DNA of 64,000 nucleotides from an uncultured Bacillota bacterium (GTDB taxonomy: Bacteria > Sysuimicrobiota > Sysuimicrobiia > Sysuimicrobiales > Segetimicrobiaceae), in assembly GCA_963804645.1 (NCBI GenBank), contig CAWDRG010000017.1, positions 448,001-512,000 of the forward strand. The letters are read 5' to 3'. The translations under genes and the position numbers were made by a program. Position 1 is the stretch's first letter. Every line of letters starts with the position of its first letter. The notes beneath the pieces are model-generated. The model was not told the origin of the DNA. It saw only the letters and a program-made list of their open reading frames with translations, and made no database searches. Below are positions 9,338 through 18,744 of the stretch, piece by piece.

Positions 9338-10220
9338 CGAGCCGCTCGCGCAGAAGACGCATGATGACCTGCCACTCGTTGTACCCGGTCCGGCGCGGCG
9401 CGGTGGCGGCCTGCCCGCGGGCCCAGATGACCTTCCGGCCGAGCTGCTCCGCCGCGGCGAAGTCGACGCTGCCCGGAGGCGAGCACAGGTCGATGATCAC
9501 GACGTCGTCGGCCGTGCGGGCGAGCAGTTCGCGCGTCAGCACCAACCCGGATGAGGAGCTGACGATCAGCGGAAACCGGTCGATCGTCCCGGGAAGCTCC
9601 GACAGCGGGAGCGCGGTCATCCCCATCGCCCACGCGCGCGCGAGCTGGGAGGGATTGCGGGCCGCGAGCGTCACCCGGGCCTGCAGCCCGAGAAACGCCT
9701 GGGCGACGCTGAGACCGACGCGGCCGAGCCCGAGACAGAGCATCGGCAGGCCGAGGATCGTCTCCTCGGTGTTCTCGATCGCCACCTTCACCGCGCCCTC
9801 GGCGGTCGGCACGGCGTGCAGAATCGCGAGCGGATCGTCGTCCCCGTATCCGACCGGAGTCACCGGGGTGCCCTTCGCCCACGCTTCGATCTGCGGGTTC
9901 GCCCGCCCCATGAACATCAAGGCGCCCGGGGCGGCGCCGCGCAGCACTTCGGTCGTGGTAAACAGTTTCTCCTTTGCGAACGGGGCATACAGGCTGTGGT
10001 CCGTGCCGAGTCCGGGGATCGGGGCCGAGATCAACCTGGCGCCCGCGACGGCCTGCGCCAGCGAGGGCGACGCGGGCGCACCCGCCGCCTGGTCGGCCCC
10101 GGGCGCGGTCCCGTAGTGCTGCACCGACGCGCCCGACGCGCGCGCCTGGCGCATGTGCTCGAGCGCCCGCCGGTCGCCCCCGACGACCGCGACCGTCCAC
10201 CCCGACAGATCCACCGCCAT
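9318..10220 (-). CDS. dipicolinate synthase subunit A (DpaA/SpoVFA)-like NAD(P)-binding protein
   Basis: AVVGGDRR N-terminus, AVPTAEGAV, GLGRVG Rossmann motif, IIDLCSPPGSVDF, all resembling SpoVFA. Confidence 0.75.
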   Translation of the reverse strand: MAVDLSGWTVAVVGGDRRALEHMRQARASGASVQHYGTAPGADQAAGAPASPSLAQAVAGARLISAPIPGLGTDHSLYAPFAKEKLFTTTEVLRGAAPGALMFMGRANPQIEAWAKGTPVTPVGYGDDDPLAILHAVPTAEGAVKVAIENTEETILGLPMLCLGLGRVGLSVAQAFLGLQARVTLAARNPSQLARAWAMGMTALPLSELPGTIDRFPLIVSSSSGLVLTRELLARTADDVVIIDLCSPPGSVDFAAAEQLGRKVIWARGQAATAPRRTGYNEWQVIMRLLRERLDGAPRR

Positions 10221-10292
10221 CCTGTCCCTCCCTCTGACGCGGCGGCAGCGGGATCCCGGAGGCTGCCGGCCGCCCCGCGGGCTAGGCGCCCG

Positions 10293-11321
10293 CTACTTGA
10301 CGAAGCTGTTGGTCCACAGGACGCCCTCGGCGGTCGACGCCGCGACGGGCTGCCCGATCGTCTTGAAGATGTCGAGGTACCGCTGGACGCCCGCCTGCGA
10401 GAATCTCCCGTCGGGACTGATCGCCGGGAGGGTTGCGTCGAGTCCGACCGCGAGGCTGGCGGCCGGGGTATCGGGGAAGTACTTCTGTCCGAGAATCTGC
10501 AGCGCCTCGGTTTTGTTCGCGCGAATCCACGCCGTGGCCGCGGTCACCGAACGGGCGAACGCGGTCAGCGCCGGCCCGTTCTGCCGCGCGTACGCGGCCG
10601 AGGTGAAGAACCCGTCGTAGGTCGTGTTCGTGAATTCCGGCACGTCCCCCGCCGTGTCGCGGATGATGATCTGGCCCACGCCCTCCTGCTCCAGCGTCTG
10701 CGGGAGCGGCGGCGAGAGCAGGAACGCGTCGATCCGGCCGGCCCGCAGCGCGGCCGCCAGCCCGGCGACCCCGCCGACCTGCACCAGATTCGCGTCACGA
10801 TCGGGGTTGAGACCCGCTTTGATCAGGAAGTACCGCGCAAACACGTCCGTCGGCGCGCCGGGTGCCGTGATTCCGATGTTCAAGCCCTTGAGCGCCGCGT
10901 ACCGCCTCGGCAGCGACGAGAAGCGGCTGACGCCGGTCTTCTGGATGACGCTGTTTCGAACGATGAGGTCGAGCGTCACGCGCGTGACCAGGTTGTAGAA
11001 CAAGATCAGCTGCTTCCCCTGTGCCTGCACGTTGGCGATGCCCAGCGGGTCGAGATCGGACAGCTGGGCGTCGCCCGACAGCACCGTCGCCGGCCCGAGC
11101 GCTCCGCTGTTGATCTCCTGGAAGCTAAAATCGACCCCGTTTTGGGCGAAGAAGCCCTTCTCCTGCGCGATGAAAATCGGCGCGATGTACAGGACCCGAA
11201 ACCCCGTCTGCTTGATCTTGAATCGGGGCGCCTGCGCCAGACCGGTCGCGGGCGCGAAGGCCACCGACAGCAGCACCAGCAGCGCGAGTACCGTCCGGAT
11301 CGTTCGGCTCGAGGCTCGCAT
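10293..11321 (-). CDS. NitT/TauT (NMT1/THI5-like) ABC substrate-binding protein
   Basis: Signal peptide, YIAPIFIAQEKGFF, LKGLNIGITAPG. Confidence 0.9.
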   Translation of the reverse strand: MRASSRTIRTVLALLVLLSVAFAPATGLAQAPRFKIKQTGFRVLYIAPIFIAQEKGFFAQNGVDFSFQEINSGALGPATVLSGDAQLSDLDPLGIANVQAQGKQLILFYNLVTRVTLDLIVRNSVIQKTGVSRFSSLPRRYAALKGLNIGITAPGAPTDVFARYFLIKAGLNPDRDANLVQVGGVAGLAAALRAGRIDAFLLSPPLPQTLEQEGVGQIIIRDTAGDVPEFTNTTYDGFFTSAAYARQNGPALTAFARSVTAATAWIRANKTEALQILGQKYFPDTPAASLAVGLDATLPAISPDGRFSQAGVQRYLDIFKTIGQPVAASTAEGVLWTNSFVK

Positions 11322-11451
11322 CGTCCCTCCTCGTGATTCCGCGCGCGCGAAACCGCGCGCGCCGTGCGGGATGTGGGAGGATCAGTACGCCGCCCGCGCA
11401 GCGCATTCCTTCACGGCGCGGCCGCACGGTCGCGATCCGGTGCGCTCGTGC

Positions 11452-12276
11452 CTACTCGGGAAGGTCCTCGGTCGGAGTCGAGATTGCCCGGTACGCATCG
11501 GGGCGCCGGTCTCGAAACAGCGGGAATCGCTGGCGGGCTCGGATCACGTCCTGCCGGTCGATCACCGCGGTGATGATCTGCTCTTCGGTGCCGCTCGCCT
11601 GCACCAGGATCTTCCCGTCCGGGCCGATCACCATGCTCTTGCCGGACATCCGCCACCCGCCCTCCTGGCCGACGTGGTTGCACGCGGCCAGAAACACGCC
11701 GTTCTCCAATGCCCGGGTCGTGAGAAAGTTCTCCCACGGATCGCCGATCGGCGTCGCGTACGGGGCGAGAATGAGCTCCGCCCCATTCAGCGCGAGGCAC
11801 CGGCACGATTCGGGGAAGAGATTGTCGTAGCACGTCGACACGCCGGCCCGCCACTCGCCGATGCGGAACGTCGGGAACGACGACCCGCCCCGGAAGTAGA
11901 TCTTCTCGAGGCTGAGCAGCGCCGCCGGATGTACCTTGCGGTACTTGCCCGCCACCGCGCCCTCCGGGTCAATCAACATCGCGGTGTCGTAGTAGAGACC
12001 CGGCGCGGCCATCTCGAAGATGGTCGACAGGATCCACAGGCGGTGGCGGCGCGCCAGCGCCTTGATGCGCGTTTGCGTGACGCCGTCGTCGGGCTCCGCG
12101 TAGTCCATGTACTTCGCGTCCCGGTATTGCGGGAAGTACTCGTGGTTGAAAAACTCCGGCAGCACGATGAGCTCCGCCCCGTCGGCGGCGGCGTGATCGA
12201 CGAACGCGGCGGCACGCTCGACGTTCGCGTCCCGGGCGGCCCTCTGGCTGGTCATCTGCACGAGCGCGATCCGCAT
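11452..12276 (-). CDS. carbon-nitrogen hydrolase (nitrilase/amidase superfamily)
   Basis: Catalytic triad E (LPEFF), K (YRKVHP), C (STCYD); RDRRPDAY tail. Confidence 0.92.
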   Translation of the reverse strand: MRIALVQMTSQRAARDANVERAAAFVDHAAADGAELIVLPEFFNHEYFPQYRDAKYMDYAEPDDGVTQTRIKALARRHRLWILSTIFEMAAPGLYYDTAMLIDPEGAVAGKYRKVHPAALLSLEKIYFRGGSSFPTFRIGEWRAGVSTCYDNLFPESCRCLALNGAELILAPYATPIGDPWENFLTTRALENGVFLAACNHVGQEGGWRMSGKSMVIGPDGKILVQASGTEEQIITAVIDRQDVIRARQRFPLFRDRRPDAYRAISTPTEDLPE

Positions 12277-12312
12277 GAACGCCGTCCGATCTCCGACGGT
12301 CCGCTCGGCCGG

Positions 12313-12555
12313 TCAGCCGTGGGCCGCGGCGAGCGCCGCCCGCACGCCCGAGATCGTCACGTGCGACCGGACGAGTTCGACCCCGTCCAGCGTGAGCACC
12401 GGAATCACCGTCCCGTAGCGCGCGACCAGCTCGGGGTCGCGGGTGATATCGATGTGCTCGATTTCGTAGCCGAACTCGGGCTGCAGGTGGTCGGCGACCC
12501 GCTGCGCTTTCTCACATAAACAGCAGTCGGGTTTCCCGTAGATCCGCAGCGTCAC
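12313..12555 (-). CDS. glutaredoxin-like protein (DUF836)
   Basis: MTLRIYGKPDCCLCEKA...DITRDPELVARYGTVIPVL; GTG start overlapping the DUF881 stop. Confidence 0.85.
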   Translation of the reverse strand: MTLRIYGKPDCCLCEKAQRVADHLQPEFGYEIEHIDITRDPELVARYGTVIPVLTLDGVELVRSHVTISGVRAALAAAHG

Positions 12556-13277
12556 GGCGCCACCGCGCGCGCGAAGTGCATCGCCGGCAGCTCGCGCGCC
12601 GCCGGCACGGTCACGCTCGGGCGCGACGTCACCGTGATCCGCAGCCCGAGGCCGCGGAGTCCATCCACGACGCCGCCGCGGATGCTCATGGCCCCGGTCA
12701 GGGCCTCGGGGTCGCCGATCGCCACGATGTCGTACGGGGCCGCCAGCCGCTGCCCCCCCGCGATGATCGTGCCCCCGACCTGGCTCAGGCCGGTGGTCGC
12801 GACGACGCGGTACCCGCTCACCGCGATCGCCTCGGCGCCGGCCGCCCACAGCTCGTTGGCAATGCTGGCCACGTCGACGTACTGGACGACCGCGGGTGCC
12901 GCGCCCCCGGCCGGCGTCGACCCGTCGTCGACGGTGACGCGCACGCCGGGCCCGGTAAGGGCGACCGCCCCAGCCGCGATCCGGAGCCGCTCCAGCTCCT
13001 CCGCGAGCGCGCGATCCGAACTGCGCCGCTGCGTCGCCGCGGTCTCGAACGCGGTCAGCCGCGTGGTCAGCGACGCGACCTGCGCTTCAAGGCCCCGCCG
13101 CGCCTCGCGCTCCTGCCCGAGCATCGTGGCGAGCGCGTACACGTTGCGCGTGGGGACGCCTTCCTGGCCCGACAGCGCCCGTCCCGCCCGCAGCTGCACG
13201 ACGACGAGAAACCCAAGCGCCATCAAGACCACGGCGAAGAGCACCTGCCGCCAGGCCGTGCTACTCCTCCCAGACAT
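12552..13277 (-). CDS. DUF881 family protein
   Basis: N-terminal TM, coiled coil, GPGVRVTVDD, NELWAAGAEAIAV, PYDIVAIGDP. Confidence 0.88.
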   Translation of the reverse strand: MSGRSSTAWRQVLFAVVLMALGFLVVVQLRAGRALSGQEGVPTRNVYALATMLGQEREARRGLEAQVASLTTRLTAFETAATQRRSSDRALAEELERLRIAAGAVALTGPGVRVTVDDGSTPAGGAAPAVVQYVDVASIANELWAAGAEAIAVSGYRVVATTGLSQVGGTIIAGGQRLAAPYDIVAIGDPEALTGAMSIRGGVVDGLRGLGLRITVTSRPSVTVPAARELPAMHFARAVAP

Positions 13278-16200
13278 TCCCCTCGCCGAAGAGCTGCTCG
13301 AGCTCCTGTTGCAGATCCTCGTCGTCGCGCAACCGGGACTGCACCGGGATGACGTGCTCGCCGTCGTCCGTGACGACGTGCGCGCAGACCTGCCGTTCGC
13401 CCGGGTGCGCCGCGAGGTACTCGCAGAGCTGCTCGATCTCCTCCCGCGTGGTCACGCGCACCCGCAGCACGCGCCGCCCGGCATGGGCCGCCTCGGCGGG
13501 TTCAGGCGGTGCGGGCCGCACCGCCGTCGCGGTCGCCGCCGTGCGCGCGGCGCCGCCTCCGTTGCCGTTGGACGCGCCGGCGCGCCCGGGCCCCCGGGCG
13601 GCGCGGGGCGCCCGCGGGGGCACCTCGAGATGCGCCGCCTCCTCCGGTGTCGCCGGGAGCGGGATCACCTCGTCGCAGAGCAGCTTCACGCCCTGCTCCT
13701 CGATGTCGAGCCTGCCCCGCAGCAGTACCACGGTGTCCCGCTTGAGCGCCAACCCATGCTGCTCGTACGCCCGGGGAAACACCAGGACCTCCACGCTGCC
13801 CGTGAGATCTTCCAGCGTCAGGAACGCCATCGCCGAGCCGGCCCGCGTGATGCTGCGCTTCACCGAGCCGACCAGCCCGCCGACGAGGACGTCCTGGCGA
13901 TCTCGGAGCTCCGCGAGCTGTCCGATCGTGGCGGTGACCTTCGCGTCGAGCACCGGCTGCCACCGGCGAAGCGGGTGGTCGGAGATGTAGAGGCCCAGCA
14001 TCTCCCGCTCCATCGTGAGGCGCTCCTCGGAGCTGAACTCCTGTGCCGTCGCATCGGGGCCGGCCGCGAGCGGCACCGCGCTCCCGAGGTCGAACAGACC
14101 GGTCTGCCCCTGCGACCGCGCGCGCTGGCTCCGCTGGGCCTGCTCGACGGTCTCGTCGAGCGTCTGCAGCATCTGCGCGCGCGTCGTCCCGAGCGAATCG
14201 CAGGCCCCCGCCTTCACCAGGCTGGCGAGCACCCGCTGGTTGACCTGGCGGGTGTCCACCCGGGCGCACAGGTCCGCGAGGCTCGAGAACGGCCCGCCCG
14301 ACTCCCGTGCCGCGATGATCACCTCCACCGCGCCCACCCCGACGTTCCGGATCGCGGCGAGCCCGAACCGAATCGCCCCGCCGACCACGGTGAACGATGC
14401 GTGGCTCTCATTCACGTCGGGGGGCAGGATCTCGAGCCCCATCCGCTGGCACTCGGCGACGGCCTGCGCGATCCGCTCCATGTCGCCGGCGGTACTGCTC
14501 AGGACCGCGGTCATGTACTCGGCCGAGTAATGCGCCTTGAGGTAGGCGGTGTAGTAGGCGATCAGCCCGTAGCAGGCGGCGTGCGCGCGGTTGAAGCCGT
14601 ACCGTGCGAACGGCTCGAACTGTTCGAAGATCTGGTCGACGATCTTGGCCGGCACGCGGTTCTTGCGCGCGCCCTCGACGAACTTCTCGCGCTGCGCGAG
14701 CAGGCGGTCCTTGATCTTCTTGCGGATCGCGTAGCACAGGACGTCGGCCTCGGCCATCGTGTAGCCCGCGACCGCCTGCGCGACCGTCATGATGTCTTCC
14801 TGGTACACCATCACCCCGTAGGTCTCTTTGAGCACCGGCTCGAGCAGGGGGTGGAGATACGTCACCGGCTCCTGGCCGTGCTTGCGCCGGATGTACGCGG
14901 GAATGTTCGCCATCGGTCCCGGCCGGAAGAGCGCCACCATGGCCATCACGTCTTCGATCCGGTCGGGCTTGAGCTCCCGCAGCCAGCGCGTCATCCCCCG
15001 GCCCTCCAGCTGGAAGATGCCGGTGGTGTCGCCGGACCCCAGAAGCGCATAGGTCGGCTGATCGTCGAGCGGCAGGCGCTGGAGGTCAATCTCCGCTCCC
15101 CGCGTCTCGCGGATCATCTTGATCGCCTGGTCGAGGATGGTCAAGTTCGTGAGGCCGAGAAAGTCCATCTTCAAGAGGCCGAGGCGGGCTACGCTGTTCA
15201 TGTCGTACTGCGTCATCAACAGATCGCCCTTGGTGGCCCGCTGCAGCGGCACCTGGTCGGTCAGGGGGTCGCGCGAGATGATCACGCCCGCGGCGTGGGT
15301 GCTGGCGTGCCGGGCCACGCCCTCGAGCTTCTGCGCCATGTCGAGGAGCTGGCGGATCTGCGGGCTGGCCTCGGCGGCCCCCCGGAGCTCGGGCTCGGCG
15401 GCGAGCGCGTCCTTCAGCGTCACGTTCGCGCCGGGCACGAGTTTCGCGATGCGGTCGACGTCGCCGTACGGCAGGCTCATCACCCGCCCGACATCGCGGA
15501 TCGCCGCACGCGCCCCCATCGTCCCGAACGTGATGATCTGCGCCACCCGGTCCGCGCCGTACTTGTCGACCACGTACTTGATGACCTCGTCGCGCCGGCT
15601 GTCCATGAAGTCCACGTCGATATCCGGCATCGTGTACCGCTCGAGGTTCAGGAACCGGTCGAACGGGAGACGATACGCGATCGGATCGACATCGGTCACC
15701 CCGCACGAGTACAACACAAGGCTGCCGGCCGCCGACCCGCGGACCGTGGTCAGGATGCCGCTGCGCCGCGCGAAGTTGACGAAGTCCTGCACGATCAGAA
15801 AGTAGGCCGCGTAGCCCGTCTTCGTGATCACGCCGAGCTCGTACTCGAGCCGCTCGCGGCGCGCCGGCGTCATCTCCCCGTAGATCCGGACGATTCCCCG
15901 TTCGCAGAGCCCTCGAAGATAGGAATCCGGCGTCTCCCCCTTGGGGACGTCGACGTGCGGCAACTTGATCGTATCGGTGTCGAGCGTGACGGTGCACCGC
16001 TCGGCGATCACCAGCGTGTTGCGGAGCGCCTCGGGCAGATCGGGGAAGCGTGCCGCCATCTCTTCGGGGCTCTTCAGGTAGAAATCCGGCGTGTCGTTCA
16101 TCCGGGGCTTATCGTGCTGGTCGAGGGTCATCCCCATCTGGATGCACATCAGGGCGTCCTGCGCGTCGGCCTCGTCCCGGGTCACGTAGTGGACGTCGTT

Positions 16201-16815
16201 CGTTGCCACCAGCGGCAGCCCGAGCTCCTTCGCCAGCCGCACGACCCCCGCGGCTACGGTGCGCTGGTCGGGGAGCCCGTGATTCTGGACCTCGAGGTAG
16301 AAGTTCTCGGGGCCGAGGATGTCGCGGTAGGCGACGGCGAGCTCGCGGGCCGCCTTCCAATCGTCCCGGAGAATGGCCCGTGGGATCTCGCCCTGCAGGC
16401 ACCCCGACAAGCCGATCAGCCCCTTCGCGTGCCGGCTGAGGAGCTCCCGGTCGATCCGCGGCTTGTAGTAAAAGCCGTCCAGATGCGCGGCGGTCGTCAG
16501 CTTGAGCAGGTTGCGGTAGCCGTCGTCGCTGGCGGCCAAGAGCACGAGGTGAAACGACGACGCGTCGAGCTTCGGGTCGCGATCGGTCATGCGCCGGGCC
16601 GCGACGTAGGCCTCCATGCCGATGATCGGGCGGATGCCGTGCGCCTTTGCGCTCTCGTAGAACTCCACGGCGCCGTACATCACGCCGTGGTCGGTGATCG
16701 CGAGCGCCGGAATCCCGAGCGCGGCGGCTCGCTGCATCAGGGGGTCGATTCGACTCTCGCCGTCGAGGAGCGAATACTCAGTGTGCAGGTGGCAGTGTGC
16801 GAACTCAGCGGGCAT
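13261..16815 (-). CDS. dnaE: DNA polymerase III alpha subunit
   Basis: HLHTEYSLLDG PHP domain, RGSAAGS, PDIDVDF, YGFNRAHA, OB fold; no intein. Confidence 0.97.
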   Translation of the reverse strand: MPAEFAHCHLHTEYSLLDGESRIDPLMQRAAALGIPALAITDHGVMYGAVEFYESAKAHGIRPIIGMEAYVAARRMTDRDPKLDASSFHLVLLAASDDGYRNLLKLTTAAHLDGFYYKPRIDRELLSRHAKGLIGLSGCLQGEIPRAILRDDWKAARELAVAYRDILGPENFYLEVQNHGLPDQRTVAAGVVRLAKELGLPLVATNDVHYVTRDEADAQDALMCIQMGMTLDQHDKPRMNDTPDFYLKSPEEMAARFPDLPEALRNTLVIAERCTVTLDTDTIKLPHVDVPKGETPDSYLRGLCERGIVRIYGEMTPARRERLEYELGVITKTGYAAYFLIVQDFVNFARRSGILTTVRGSAAGSLVLYSCGVTDVDPIAYRLPFDRFLNLERYTMPDIDVDFMDSRRDEVIKYVVDKYGADRVAQIITFGTMGARAAIRDVGRVMSLPYGDVDRIAKLVPGANVTLKDALAAEPELRGAAEASPQIRQLLDMAQKLEGVARHASTHAAGVIISRDPLTDQVPLQRATKGDLLMTQYDMNSVARLGLLKMDFLGLTNLTILDQAIKMIRETRGAEIDLQRLPLDDQPTYALLGSGDTTGIFQLEGRGMTRWLRELKPDRIEDVMAMVALFRPGPMANIPAYIRRKHGQEPVTYLHPLLEPVLKETYGVMVYQEDIMTVAQAVAGYTMAEADVLCYAIRKKIKDRLLAQREKFVEGARKNRVPAKIVDQIFEQFEPFARYGFNRAHAACYGLIAYYTAYLKAHYSAEYMTAVLSSTAGDMERIAQAVAECQRMGLEILPPDVNESHASFTVVGGAIRFGLAAIRNVGVGAVEVIIAARESGGPFSSLADLCARVDTRQVNQRVLASLVKAGACDSLGTTRAQMLQTLDETVEQAQRSQRARSQGQTGLFDLGSAVPLAAGPDATAQEFSSEERLTMEREMLGLYISDHPLRRWQPVLDAKVTATIGQLAELRDRQDVLVGGLVGSVKRSITRAGSAMAFLTLEDLTGSVEVLVFPRAYEQHGLALKRDTVVLLRGRLDIEEQGVKLLCDEVIPLPATPEEAAHLEVPPRAPRAARGPGRAGASNGNGGGAARTAATATAVRPAPPEPAEAAHAGRRVLRVRVTTREEIEQLCEYLAAHPGERQVCAHVVTDDGEHVIPVQSRLRDDEDLQQELEQLFGEGNVWEE

Positions 16816-16847
16816 CCAGCGTCTCCTGGCAGTGGACAACTGCTCTC

Positions 16848-16869
16848 ATTGTACCAGAACTGGTGTACG
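16848..16869 (-). promoter_or_regulatory. dnaE promoter (extended -10) with LexA-box-like site
   Basis: Sense strand CGTAC-ACCA-GTTCT-gg-TACAAT. Confidence 0.55.
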
Positions 16870-16904
16870 GTTTCCTGCTCGGGGCGCTCGGCTCGACCGG
16901 CAAC

Positions 16905-17195
16905 TCACCGATCGTGGTGGCGCTCCTCGATCAGCACCGTTAGCGCGCGGCCGCGCCGGTCCTTGGGACGTGGACGGTCCCAAAACTCCCGGGACAGGGC
17001 GCGCTCGGCTGGCCGTGCCAATCCCGCCCGACATAGGAACGCCACGCGGGCTTCGTGCCGGGCTGGCACGCCGACGGGGCAGAGACGGGCCACCGGCACG
17101 TTGCGGTCTGTCACGATCGTCTCCTCGCCCGCCTTGGCCGCGTCCACGTACTCGCTCAAACGGGCCTTCCGCGCGGCGATCGATGCGCGCCTCAC
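16905..17195 (-). CDS. Phd/YefM-family antitoxin (orphan)
   Basis: ASIAARKARLSEYVDAAKAGEETIVTDRNVPVARL matches the Phd pattern; no toxin ORF follows. Confidence 0.8.
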   Translation of the reverse strand: MRRASIAARKARLSEYVDAAKAGEETIVTDRNVPVARLCPVGVPARHEARVAFLCRAGLARPAERALSREFWDRPRPKDRRGRALTVLIEERHHDR

Positions 17196-17283
17196 CGGAT
17201 CACCCCCGGGGGAAACTCGAGACCACTATAGTCGCACCGCATGCCTTCGGCAAGCGGTGCTGACGACTCTCAGCCGCCGAGGT

Positions 17284-18744
17284 TCACCCGCCGCCTGCGC
17301 CGATGCGTTCCCGGAGCAGCCGATTGACGACCGCCGGGTTCGCCCGTCCGCGCGTCTGCTTCATCACTTGCCCGACGAGGAACTGCACCGCCCGGTCCTT
17401 GCCGGCACGCAGGTCCCCGACGGGTCCCGGGTGGTCCGCGATCACCTGGTCCACCAGCCGCAGGAGCTCCGCCTCGTCGCTGATCTGCACGAGCCCGCGC
17501 GCCTGCACGATCTCTTCGGCGCTCTTCCCGCTCTTGAGCATTTCCTCCAGCACTTCCTTGGCCGACGGCCCGTTCAGCGTCCCCCGTTCGAGCAGGGCCA
17601 GGAGCCCGGCCAGGGCGGTCGGTGTCAGCGCCACCCCGTCGATCTCGACGCCCTGGGCGTTGAGATAGGCGGCGAGGTCGCCCACGATCCAGTTCGCGGC
17701 GATCTTGGGGTGCGGAAACCGCCGCACGGTCTCCTCAAAAAACTCGGCCATCGGGCGAGTCTCCACCAAGAGACCCGCGTCGTGCTCCGGGAGGCCGTAC
17801 GCCTCGACGTACCGGCGGCGGCGGGCATCCGGCATCTCCGGCAGGTCCGTGCGCACGCGAGCGATCCAGGAGTCGTCGACCTGCACCGGCAGGAGGTCGG
17901 GCTCGGGGAAATAGCGGTAGTCGTGCGCCTCCTCTTTCTCCCGGGACGCGAACGTGATCCCGCGGTCCTCGTCCCAGTGCCGCGTCTGCTGCACCACCGC
18001 CTCCCCGCGCGCCAGCAGGTCCCGCTGGCGCGCCTCTTCCGTGCGCAGCGCCCGCTCGACCGCGCGCAGCGAGTTCATGTTCTTGATCTCCGTGCGCGTC
18101 CCGTACGGCTCGCCGGGTCGGCGGAGCGACAGGTTGGCGTCGCAGCGGAGCGTCCCTTCCTCCATCCGCCCCGTCGTCACGCCGGCGTACTGTAAGATGG
18201 TGCGCAGGCGCGTCAGGAAGTCCCTCGCCTCTTCGGGCGAGCGCAGATCGGGATCGGTCACGACCTCCATCAGCGGGGTGCCGCTGCGGTTGTAGTCCAC
18301 GAGGCTGTGCCCCACGGCGTGCACGAGCTTGCCGGTATCCTCCTCGAGGTGCACGCGGCGGATGCCGACCCGGCGTGGTCTGCCGCCGAGCGCGAGTTCG
18401 AGCGCACCGTGGGTCGCGAGCGGCGGGTGCCCCGCGTACTCGTACTGCGAAATCTGGTAGTTCTTCGGGATGTCGGGATAGTAGTAGTTCTTGCGGTGGA
18501 ACTGGCTCTCGGGATGCACCCGGCAGCCGAGGACGACCGCCGTCCGGAGTCCGAGGTCGACGGCACGCCGGTTCAGGACCGGCAGCGACCCGGGCAGCCC
18601 GAGGCACACCGGGCACGTCAGCGTGTTCGGCGGCGCGCCGAACGCGACGGCGCAGCCGCAGAACATCTTGCTCGCGGTGCTCAGTTGGACGTGCACTTCG
18701 AGCCCGATCACCGTTTCGTACACGGCGACGCCGGAGGGGCTCAT
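17284..18744 (-). CDS. gatB: Asp-tRNA(Asn)/Glu-tRNA(Gln) amidotransferase subunit B
   Basis: [37 protein letters not shown]. Confidence 0.97.
   Translation of the reverse strand: MSPSGVAVYETVIGLEVHVQLSTASKMFCGCAVAFGAPPNTLTCPVCLGLPGSLPVLNRRAVDLGLRTAVVLGCRVHPESQFHRKNYYYPDIPKNYQISQYEYAGHPPLATHGALELALGGRPRRVGIRRVHLEEDTGKLVHAVGHSLVDYNRSGTPLMEVVTDPDLRSPEEARDFLTRLRTILQYAGVTTGRMEEGTLRCDANLSLRRPGEPYGTRTEIKNMNSLRAVERALRTEEARQRDLLARGEAVVQQTRHWDEDRGITFASREKEEAHDYRYFPEPDLLPVQVDDSWIARVRTDLPEMPDARRRRYVEAYGLPEHDAGLLVETRPMAEFFEETVRRFPHPKIAANWIVGDLAAYLNAQGVEIDGVALTPTALAGLLALLERGTLNGPSAKEVLEEMLKSGKSAEEIVQARGLVQISDEAELLRLVDQVIADHPGPVGDLRAGKDRAVQFLVGQVMKQTRGRANPAVVNRLLRERIGAGGG

Noticed and set aside
1591..12312. 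Genomic island integrated at tRNA-Leu
   Set aside because: No integrase, no duplicated tRNA 3' end seen near the far boundary, and no obvious compositional shift.
12634..18195. Very long plus-strand ORFs (1853 aa here; also 1010, 879, 774 and 734 aa)
   Set aside because: Antisense shadows of GC-rich minus-strand genes, with no recognisable domains.
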